Below, piece by piece: positions 1-9,742 of a DNA stretch of 64,000 bases. The notes under the pieces are model-generated. The model did no database searches and was not told the origin of the DNA. It saw only the letters and a program-made list of their open reading frames with translations. This DNA comes from Octopus bimaculoides (taxonomy: Eukaryota): assembly GCF_001194135.2 (NCBI RefSeq), contig NC_069000.1:7550885-7614884 (forward strand), given 5' to 3'. Both the position numbers and the translations under genes were made by a program. The number at the start of each line of letters is the position of its first letter. The first letter of the stretch is position 1.

Positions 1-208
1 TGATTCATACTTCCCTCACAGATCAAGTTTCATAAAAGAGTGACAAAAGTCTGGTCCATGTGAATATTTTGTCACAGATCTTGTTAATATGATATTGTAA
101 TATAAAGGTGCAGCTAGCTGGCAGAACTGTTAGCATGCCAGGCAAAATGCTCAGTAACATTTTGTCCATCTTTATGTTCTGAGTTCAAATTCTGCTATGG
201 TTAACTTT

Positions 209-578
209 ACATTTGACGGATATTTGTCCTCATCTTGTTTGTTGTTAACACAACGTTTCGGCTGATATACCCTCCAACCTTCGTCAGGTGTCTTGGGGAA
301 ATTTCAAACCCGGGTTCTCATTCCTAACGATGTTACTATTATTATTGTATTATTATTATTATTATTATTACTATTATTAATCAGGTCGCTGCCGTGAATC
401 GAACTCGGAATCTTGGGGTTAGTAGCCCGCGCTCTTAACCACTACACCATATGCCCTGACGAAGGCTGGAGGGTATATCAGCCGAAACGTTGTGTTAACA
501 ACAAACAAGATGAGGACAAATATCCGTCAAATGTAAATAATGTAAATAATTCCTCATCTCTTAAATATAGAACTGTGA
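209..578 (-). mobile_element. tRNA-headed SINE with (AAT)n linker, Penelope-like hammerhead tail and an inverted tail copy
   Basis: tRNA-like head 384-456 (A box TGGTGTAGTGGTT, B box GAGTTCGATTC), tail 209-325, inverted tail 455-578, flanked by duplicated GGTTAACTTT (199-208, 579-588). It interrupts another SINE. Confidence 0.7.
247..292 (-). ncRNA. Minimal type-I hammerhead ribozyme of the Penelope-like type
   Basis: Minus strand reads GACAC-CUGACGA-A-GGUUG-GAGGGUAUAU-CAGCC-GAAAC-GUU-GUGUU: intact core, 5-bp stem II, 5-bp stem I, palindromic AACGUU helix III. Confidence 0.7.
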
Positions 579-612
579 GGTTAACTTTGCTTTCATCCTT
601 TTGTTATTTTAA

Positions 613-832
613 CCCTTTAACATTCAGATTATTCTGCCAAATGTAATGCTTATTTATTCACATTGTTTTGAATTAATCATGTATTGTCTCATAGCTTTGA
701 GATATCGATGAAGTGATTGTATATTTCTAGAATAACACTGTTGGGTAGATGTGAGTGGTTGGATCTGGCCAGTTTGAACCTAAAATAGGTAGAATATTTG
801 GGTCTGATATAGCCAGTTTAAATGCTAAAGGG
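613..832. mobile_element. piggyBac-type MITE (TTAA target, CCCTTTA...TAAAGGG ends)
   Basis: TTAA at 609-612 and 833-836; terminal inverted repeats; homologous copies at 10030 and 12135. Confidence 0.75.
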
Positions 833-1292
833 TTAAGGGTCCATGAAAAGCTTTGGTTTATATGTATAGCAAGAAACAATTATGTTTCTTTCTCTAACAT
901 TTTACATAGTTCAGCCTATACAAGTGAATGAGCGAATAACGAAATAGGAATTTTGAAAGAAGTATCTACAAAATTAGTTTTTAAATATCGAATGGCTATG
1001 GGGGTCCACCAGAATAAAATGGTAATCAAAGGGGTCTAAAGGTAAAAAATGGTTGAGAATTACCATCATCACCATTTAATGTCTGTTGTCCATGCTGGCA
1101 TGGCTTGGATGGTTTGACCAGAGCTGGAAAGTTAGGGAGCTGCACCTGCCTCCAGTCTGGTTTGACATGGGTTTTACAGCTTGATGCCCTTCCTAACGCC
1201 AACCAATTTACAGAGTGTGCTGGGTGATTTTATGTGGCACCGCTTACTCTAAAAAATAAAAGTGATGTAAATAAACCAGAACTTGAACTCAC

Positions 1293-4200
1293 CTTCACCA
1301 GCTTCTCTCAGATCTTCAACAATGGCATTAGACAAGGAGCCATTATACACAGCAAGAAATCCTTCATCAGAGATTATCCTCAATGTTTTTGCTAGTTTTG
1401 GGTGTTTCATGAGATCTCCTTCTTGATAAACACGTCTTGTTGCCTCATTGACATACAGCTCTCTGATTGGACAAAATCAATGCAACATATTGATATTACT
1501 TATATCTTCAACACTACTATCAATAATATCAAATATCAGGTGATATTATGAATGCATATAAGCTAAGAAGATGAAAATATATTTAATATTAGCTAATATA
1601 AGTAGGGTATTATTGTTTACAGGTTATATAGGGCTTATATAATGAGAAAAGCTGCATGTATAATGAGAAAAGCTGTATATAAAACGATAAAACCCTTGAA
1701 ACAAAAAGATCCCATAAACAATAATACCAGATCTCTATTTCACTTACCTGAGTAGGGGCTGATCCTTAATTTCAGACTCCATTTCTTTGAGGGTATTAGC
1801 CAATGAATGCGACACATTAAAACCTTGTGTTGCAAGTTGTATCACAGGAACAAACAAGTGTTTCCATGGTAATGAGCCATACATCTGATGTGCCTGCCAT
1901 AAACCGTACAGTTGCCCAGGAACAGTCACTGATGAAGGACCTACATCGATTGGAAAGGTCATAGGAGTAAGAGGTGTACTGAGAGGGGGAGATTCTGGCT
2001 GAGATGGTCATGTGACTGTGTATAATTCAGAAAGTATTGTTGTGGTTGCTAAGGGAACACTCTAGTCAGTTGGTATTATTAAGGGGAATAGAGTTGGAAA
2101 ATCAAATATGTGGCATCATTTCACAGATCCATTGCATTGACATATATATGACATAGTTTGGTCTCTATATTGACCATCAGGTTGTGTTTAGGCTGTTGGG
2201 TGGTTGTAAAGGCATGCTGTGTGGTAGTGAGAGCATGATGGTGTGTGTTAGTGAAGGAAAGTTGTGCTGTGTGTGAGGGCATGTTGTGTGATACCGAGGG
2301 TATGTTGTACTGCAGTGGAGGGTAGCTTGCATGTTAGTGAGAGCATGTTGTGCATAGAGAGGGCATGCTATGTGATATCGAGGGCATGTTGTACTGGAGT
2401 GAGGATATCTTGTATGGTAGTGAGATCATGTTGTGTGGTTGTGAGGACATGGTGCTTTGTGGTGAGGGCACAGTGCTTTGTGATGAGGGCACGGTGCTTT
2501 GTGGTGAGGGCACGGTGCTTTGTGGTGAGGGCACGGTGCTTTGTGGTGAGGGCACAGTGCTTTGTGGTGAGGGCACGGTGCTTTGTGGTGAGGGCATGTT
2601 GTGCGATTGTAAGATCATGTTGTGTGGTAGTACAGTATAGTGTATGGCAGTAGTGTTACAGAATAGTGTCTAGGGACGTTAGCATTAGTGTTTAATCACA
2701 TGTCTGATCTATGATGAAAGGTGTCCCAGTCATGGCCATCCCATTTTTGTTTAAAACATTACATTATTCTAGATGCACATGACACTTTGAGAGGGGTAAA
2801 TAGATTGCTGGATACAGAGAGAGAGGGGGAGGTGGAGAGAGAGAGGCAGACACACAGATAGGTAGAGGGGTAGAAGTAGTGTAGTTACCTGTCGGACGAG
2901 ACATATTCTTCAGGCTAGTCACATGATACGGTGATTTACCAGAGGCATCTATGATGACATTCTTCTGAGATTTACTGCAACAACGACAACATCATGATCA
3001 GAACAATGCCTTTTGAGGAAATTTGGCTGATGGAAGCACACACACACACACACACTTATATACACAAATAATGGGCGTCTTTCATTTTCTGTCTACCAAA
3101 CCACAAAATTTTGGTTGACTTGGGGGTCATAGTAGAAGACATTTCTCAAAGTCCTTTTTTTAGTGATGATGATGATGATGATGATGATGACAGTATCGAT
3201 TGTGATGCTGCAGCAGATGATAGTAGTTGTGATGATGATGATGATAATGATTGTGATGATGATGTTGATGATGGTTGTGATTATGGTGATAGTGATGGCA
3301 GCAAGGACAATGATAGCAATAGCGATGAGATCACAGAAACAATAACCATAGCAACAACAAAACTGAAAATGAAAAAGAAAAAAAAAGTATATTTTAAGAC
3401 TAACCTCTCCCTCCCCCATCACCTCAGGTCCAAGGGAAGGACACAGTACACTTGATAGGTGTTGTGTTAGTAGTTATCGGTTCAAGATTCTGACAGTGAT
3501 CTTCGAACAGAACCAGAAGAAGAAAAGAAGATGAAATGAGAGAATATTCTTGGACAGAGCAAGAATGGTTTGGAGTTAGTTTGTGGTAAAAGTAAGGGAA
3601 ATGTTGAACTGACCTGTCATAGATATTCATAATCAAACTGCCTCCGATTCCAGTGGACATTGGTTGGTCGAGTGCCATACAGACCAAAGTGACAATCACA
3701 GAATCAATTGTGCTTCCGTTCTTCTCTCTCAGAATTGACCTGTTAAAACACATGTAGAATTGGAGATATTTTAAGGATGTTGATACTGTAGATATATATC
3801 AATATTTAAATATATACTGGTGGTGCCCCAGCATGGCCGCAGCCTCAAAGCTGAAACATAGAAAAGAATAAAAGAATAGTACATATACAAATATTGTCGG
3901 TCTGTTAGATAGTATGTAAAACAAATGATAGAGATGGAAAACACAGGAAACTGTCATTTGTTTTATACTCAATGTATACAGAGGAATTCCTGAGGTAGAT
4001 CCAACAACAGTTGTGTAATTACCGTGGGTGACGTCAGGTAACCATAAGCAGTGAATGTGCTTCATTAGTGTACTACAAGGAACATAGCCAACACTCAAAT
4101 ATTAACTTATATTCATCATCATCACCACGATCATTTAATATACATTTTCCATGCTGGCATGGGTTGGATGGTTTGACAGGAGCTGGTAAGGCCAGGAACT

Positions 4201-5368
4201 GCACCAGGCTCCATTATCTGTTTTGACATGGCTTCTATGGCTGGATGCCCTTCTTATTGCCAATATTGTAAATATGTAATATTTTATGCATACTAAAAGC
4301 ACTCTGTACATTCTGTAAAGTGGTTGGTGTTGGGAAGGACATCCAGCCATAGAAACCATGTCAAAACAGACTGCGGAGCTTGGAGCAGTCCTCTGGCTCA
4401 GCAGCTTCTGTCAAACCCATGACACTATGGAAAACAAATGATAAATGGTGATGATCATCATCATTGTCATTGATATTGCACATATTCCAACAATGTAGAT
4501 ACATAAATATTGCAAGTATATGAATATTATAAACACATAATTATTGTAAAGATGTAAACATTGTAAATGTCAATATTATAAAGATATGTTTGGAAGATGA
4601 AATTACTAGTGTAGGGAGGCAAAAAGATAATCTTAACAAGAGAGAATTACTTACATGCCAAGTTGGGAACACATAGATGAATCACTTGTGATTACTGCCT
4701 GGTTGTATTCCAACAATTTGGAACTAGATATGGCAAAGTGGAATCTGCTCTTTTGGATCAAGTAGAAGTAACAGACGAGGATCATAGCAACCAACACTCC
4801 AATGGAGAGGACAGCCAACTTTCCTCTGTAAGTCGCATAAATAAATAAATAAATATGAATGCATACATAAACACACACACACACATGTATTCCAGCAGAG
4901 GTACATGACATGAATTTGAGACCAAATATGTAAGAACATTACTTTTTTGTATGTGGTTATAATTCATATATTTTTCATAGTAAGGCAGATACATGTCTAA
5001 AGTTAGAATATTCCATGTTTCTCTTATGCATAAACCGTTTTGAGACTGTGTTTATTGATAATCTTAACTGGTTGCAGCATGAAAGCTGCAGCCATACAGG
5101 GGCACCAACGTTGGCTTTGCTACACCTTCATTATTTGAAACCTCCTCTCAAAAGTGGCATTTGGTGAATGAGGGAGTTTGATGCTGCTGCCCTCCTCTGT
5201 GTTTCCTGCCATGTGGTAGGCTCATCCGGAACCCTTGACAGGAAGAGATCCAGTTTGGTGCATGTGTGTGCATGCATGTGTGTGTCCGTGTCCGCACTTA
5301 ACAATATAATAATCCTATTTAGAGACAGTAGAGCTAAAACATAAAACTTACCTTTTAGTACAATGCAT
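1293..5368 (-). CDS. Gamma-glutamyltranspeptidase (glutathione hydrolase)-like type II membrane protein, N-terminal part; 3' exons lie outside the window
   Basis: Exons 5352-5368 (MHCTKR), 4655-4825 (GKLAVLSIGVLVAMILVCYFYLI signal-anchor...AVITSDSSMCSQLG), 3614-3739 (SILREKNGSTIDSVIVTLVCMALDQPMSTGIGGSLIMNIYD), 2889-2974, 1748-1994 (SVTVPGQLYGLWQAHQMYGSLPWKHLFVPVIQLATQGF), 1293-1462 (HPKLAKTLRIISDEGFLAVYNGSLSNAIVEDL). GT-AG junctions with matching phases; motifs align by eye to the GGT large subunit. The acceptor at 1994 was chosen by phase among nearby AGs. Confidence 0.88.
2451..2597. repeat. 21-bp minisatellite, ~7 copies, in a GGT-like intron
   Basis: Unit GGTGCTTTGTGGTGAGGGCAC, with degenerate flanks from about 2215 to 2640. 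Confidence 0.9.
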
Positions 5369-5906
5369 GCTGATAGGAACAATATGCCTCCAGTGTTGTA
5401 GGGGTTATTTGGAGTTCTTAAAGACACTTGCTGTTGTTGTTGTTGTTGTTGTTGTTGCTGTTGTTAAAGTGCTAATTCTTCAGTTGTCTTTGGAGGTCAT
5501 AAAACAACTAGAATGCAATGCAAGTCTAATGATCTCTCCCACCAACCACCACCACCACCACCACCACTTTCATTCATCATCATCTCTGACACAACTATCA
5601 CCATCAGCGAGATTCCTTCATCATCAGTGCCACCATTATCGACTACCCCCTGGCGCTGCCAATACCATCACCCCCATCTCCAAACTTCTTCATTGCTACC
5701 ACCACCAATTGCTACCCCCACTCGACACTACCACCATCTGAAACATCACTGCCATCATCATCAACAGCAGCAACACTGCAGTCTCTTGATTTTTCCTCAT
5801 TACCACCACTAATGCAGCTGATATTCTATATCTTATATTTGTACAGATTTATATATATATATATATATATACATACACACACATATATGTATACACACAC
5901 ACACAC

Positions 5907-5939
<33 letters not shown>

Positions 5940-6023
5940 TATACATATGTATATGTATATACATATACACATATATATATACATACACACACATATATAT
6001 ATATACACGTACACACACACACA

Positions 6024-6218
6024 CAGAGTCTACCAAAAAAATGTATACACACTTCAGGAAATGAAAACTCTGTATAAACATTTTAATTCAGTGTTATTGC
6101 AATTTATTCAGATTTATTGCAATTTGATAAAACATCAAAAGAGGTCTTTATATTTATAGGGGTACTTATACAAGTTAAATATTTAAGCAGATTTTTCCTC
6201 TCCTGGAGTGTGTATACA
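6024..6218. mobile_element. Tc1-type MITE fragment, right end in a gap
   Basis: CAGAGTCTACCAAAAAAATGTATACACACT...AGTGTGTATACA inverted termini within a TA microsatellite. Confidence 0.5.
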
Positions 6219-6244
6219 NNNNNNNNNNNNNNNNNNNNNNNNNN

Positions 6245-6292
<48 letters not shown>

Positions 6293-6774
6293 ATATAGGT
6301 TTTGTCATGCAAACAGGGAAAATGGAACTCAAAACATAACTAGATATATATTTTTATTAATATTTAACAGAAGTAAGAGAGAGGCTCAAGTTTGGTAAGT
6401 GCCAATGCATGAAACTCTCGGCCCTTGAGTCACTCTCTCGCTTCTGGTAAATATTAATAAGAAAAATATATATGTATATATATATATGTATACACAGCTA
6501 TACTTTATGTGTGTGTTTGTATGTATAGATTCACCTGTGTGTCTTGTGTGTGTACATGTGTATTTACGTGCACAGGTGTGTATTAGACCTATCCAACCCA
6601 TGCCAGCATGGAAAAACAGATGTAAAATGATGATGAATGTACAATGAAAATAAATGTGCAGATGAGTGCGTATACACACACACGTATGTATATTTAATAT
6701 TGTACTAATTTGGCAGTGTTCTTTTCTATGGTCTTACTGCTGCCACCGCCACCACCACTGACCCCCACCGTCAC

Positions 6775-6992
6775 TACCACCACCATCAATCTGATTCACC
6801 ACTGCCACCACCACCACCACCACCATCAATCTGATTCACCACTGCTGTCACCACCACCACCATCAATCTGATTCATCACTGCCGCCACCACCATCAATCT
6901 GATTCACCACTGCCGCCACCACCATCAATCTGATTCACCACTGCCGCCACCACCACCACCATCAATCTGATTCACCACTGCCACCACCACCA
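6775..6992. repeat. ~31-37 bp minisatellite (CCACCACCATCAATCTGATTCACCACTG)n
   Basis: About 6-7 copies differing in the number of CCA triplets. Confidence 0.85.
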
Positions 6993-7379
6993 TGGTGCTG
7001 TAAACCATCACCTACCCCCACCCCCACCCACTATCCTTAATCTGATGAAATAAAATGTAAAACAGATCAGATCCCTGACTTCCATTGTTCTAATAAAATT
7101 TCTCTCATAATGCCACCACCTGTACTATTACCCCCACTACTACCATTGCTGTGGCTGCTGCTGCTGCTACTACTACTACTACTACAGCTGCCATACCACT
7201 ACTGCTACTATAACAACTAAAGTACCATCTGTACAACTACCACCATACTATTACAACCATACCACTAACACTACTACCACCACAACAACCACTACTATTA
7301 CTACTACAATAGCAGCTATACCACCAACTGGACTATCACCACCTCCACCACCACTAATCAGTTACTCGGTATATATATG

Positions 7380-7431
<52 letters not shown>

Positions 7432-7461
7432 TATAATCAAATATAGACACATGTATACATG

Positions 7462-7656
7462 CATCATCATCACCATCATCGTTTAACATCCACTTTCCAT
7501 GCTGGCATGGGTTGGACGGTTTGACTGGAGACTGGCAAGTCAGGAGGCCACACTCGGCTCCAATCTGATCTGGCAAAGTTTCTACAGCTGGATGCCCTTC
7601 CTAACGCCAACCACTCCGAGAGTGTAGCAGGTGCTTTTTATGTGTCACCGGCACGT
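7462..7656 (-). mobile_element. RTE-type 3' tail/SINE ending in (GAT)n; representative copy
   Basis: CATCATCGTTTAACATCCACTTTCCATGCTGGCATGGGTTGG...GCTGGATGCCCTTCCTAACGCCAACCAC. Related copies at ~1065-1245, 4112-4460, 13140-13335, 28212-28395, 30540-31270, 42630-42930, 56467-56600 and 60405-60570. Confidence 0.7.
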
Positions 7657-8343
7657 AAATATATATATATATAGACAGAAAAACTAACTAAAATAGACTA
7701 CCATATTTGCTGGTATATAAGACACACTCTTGCAGAAGATGCAACCTTGCTTTTACAAGTATATTTTCATCGTACACTCACACACTCAGTCTCTCACCCA
7801 AAACACAGTTGAAGTTGACACATGGCAATTTTTTGTTACATTTAAGAGTTTGAAAAGTGCATCTTAAACGCCATCGTATACAATAGCAATACAAAATTAA
7901 AAGAAAGATACAGGAACGTTTCAGACATGTTATCCTTTATTAAGAAAAACAGAGAAGGAAAAAAAAACGTATCTTAAAAATACAAGGAAAATAAAGATAT
8001 TTATCTGTTACTTGTTTTAGTCATTAGAATGCAGCCATGCCAAGACACCGCCCTGAAGAATCTTAGTCAAACAATTATATTTCAGGCCATCTAATCAATT
8101 TCTTACAACCCCAACTGTTTGCTAAATAATTAAATATATTGCTTGTCTATAAACATTTTAATAGTTTAAATATATTCACTCACATTCAAATATTTCCAGT
8201 CTCTTTCTTCTCGTCTATGTAATATTTATCTCCAGCATATATTCATTTACTTCACACATACTCTTTTTTCCCCTCTTCCTATCATTAAACATGTACATAT
8301 AGATATATATAATATACAAATATATACAATATTACACACACAC

Positions 8344-8386
<43 letters not shown>

Positions 8387-8405
8387 CATACATATTGTGT
8401 GTGTG

Positions 8406-8443
<38 letters not shown>

Positions 8444-9129
8444 CACACACACGCACAATATTTCTTTCCAATAGTTCTTCTGTTACAATTTCGATGATTT
8501 GATAGATGAAACTACAGTAAATTGTAGTTATAGATTTTTCAGTTTTATTAATTAAATATGTGTGGGTGCGAGTACACAGGTGAATGTATATACAACATAC
8601 AATACATATATATATATACATGCATATATCTATATATACACACACACACAAGCACACGTAATACAAATCATAAACAAGTTATGAAGATTGATACCAATTA
8701 TCAGTACTAATCAATAAATTTTCATTAATCTAACAGTAGACAGAAGTGGTGGTTGGTGTTAAGCTGTAGTGATGGTGGTGAAGATAGTAATAATAGTAGC
8801 AGTAGTAATAGAAGTGTTTGCTAACTCTTTTAAATATTAGATACCTCATACCAGATACTCACCGTTCTACATGGTGAAAGTACATGGCCTAGAGGTTAGG
8901 GAGTTGCACTCACAATCGCAAAATCAGGGTTTCACTTGCTGGACTGGGCAGTATGTCCTTGAGAAAAACACTTAAATGAATAACTCTGCAATGGACTGCA
9001 ATCCAGTGTTGTGACTTCAACCACTTATAGGCCATTGAAACCGGCCCTATAGGGTTCCAGGACTTGAGTCAGTAAATGCTTAGGGATTGATGCTAATGAC
9101 TGTTGTTCTAGATGTGTTGTTGATGAAGG

Positions 9130-9445
9130 TACATGGCTTGATGGTTAGGATGTTCAACTTACAATTCTAAGGTCGTGAGTTCAATTTCTGATGGCGTGTT
9201 TTGTCTTTGAGCAAGACCCTTTATTCCATGTTGCTCCAGTTCACTCAGCTGGCAAAAATGAGTAGTACCTTCATTTCAAAGGGTCAGCTTTGTCATATTC
9301 TGTCTCATGCTGAATCTCCCTGAGAACTATGTTAAGAGTATGTGTGTCTGTGGAGTGCTCAGCCACTTGCACATTGATTATTTGAGCAGGCTGTTCTCTG
9401 ATCAGATCAACCGGAACCCTTGTCATCGTAACTGACAGAGTGCCA
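9130..9445 (+). mobile_element. SINE family C (tRNA-derived)
   Basis: CATGGCTTGATGGTTAGG...GTGAGTTCAATT...CAGCTGGCAAAAATGAGT...GGAACCCTTGTCATCGTAACTGAC; homologues at 38994, 57428 and 58243. Confidence 0.75.
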
Positions 9446-9606
9446 GTTATGTGTTGTTGACATACCACACACAGCCCTCCAACCACTGTCCAATCCAATA
9501 ATATCACACAATCCTCTGATCACTGTCCACTACAATAACATCACACACCCCTCAGACCATTGTTCATCCCAGTAACACCAAAACAATATCGACTGACAAA
9601 ATTAAA

Positions 9607-9612
9607 TTTATT
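9607..9612 (-). terminator. Likely polyadenylation signal of MRPL39
   Basis: AATAAA on the minus strand about 130 nt after the stop codon. Confidence 0.5.
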
Positions 9613-9742
9613 CAAATATCTACAAAAGAATATAAAACTGAACTGAAATATCTTGAGTGGAGTCGGAGGATTACCACTGTAAAGTTGAGTGTTCAGGATT
9701 AACAAAAGAATATCATTGGGTACAGTGTAGCAAGGCTTGACA

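Larger units (their letters stand above)
105..606 (+). mobile_element. SINE family A copy (GGCGGTGAGCTGGCAGAA...GTTCTGAGTTCAAAT...TTTCATCCTTT), interrupted by the element at 209-578
   Basis: Similar by eye to the copies at 18015, 27298, 27959 and 53101. Confidence 0.7.

Noticed and set aside
1-100. Next GGT exon
   Set aside because: No frame gave the expected GIxTxEDLxxY motif with a proper acceptor.
384-456. tRNA gene (anticodon ACT)
   Set aside because: Acceptor and anticodon stems pair poorly and it is embedded in a composite repeat; treated as a SINE head.
3093-3455. Asp-rich or hydrophobic ORFs
   Set aside because: (GAT)n microsatellite in a GGT intron.
5812-8666. ORFs rich in YI/IY/HT/CV repeats (also near 23.4-24.2, 30, 36.6, 41.3, 45.9 and 58 kb)
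   Set aside because: Translations of (TA)n, (CA)n and (TG)n microsatellites; no splice or domain support.
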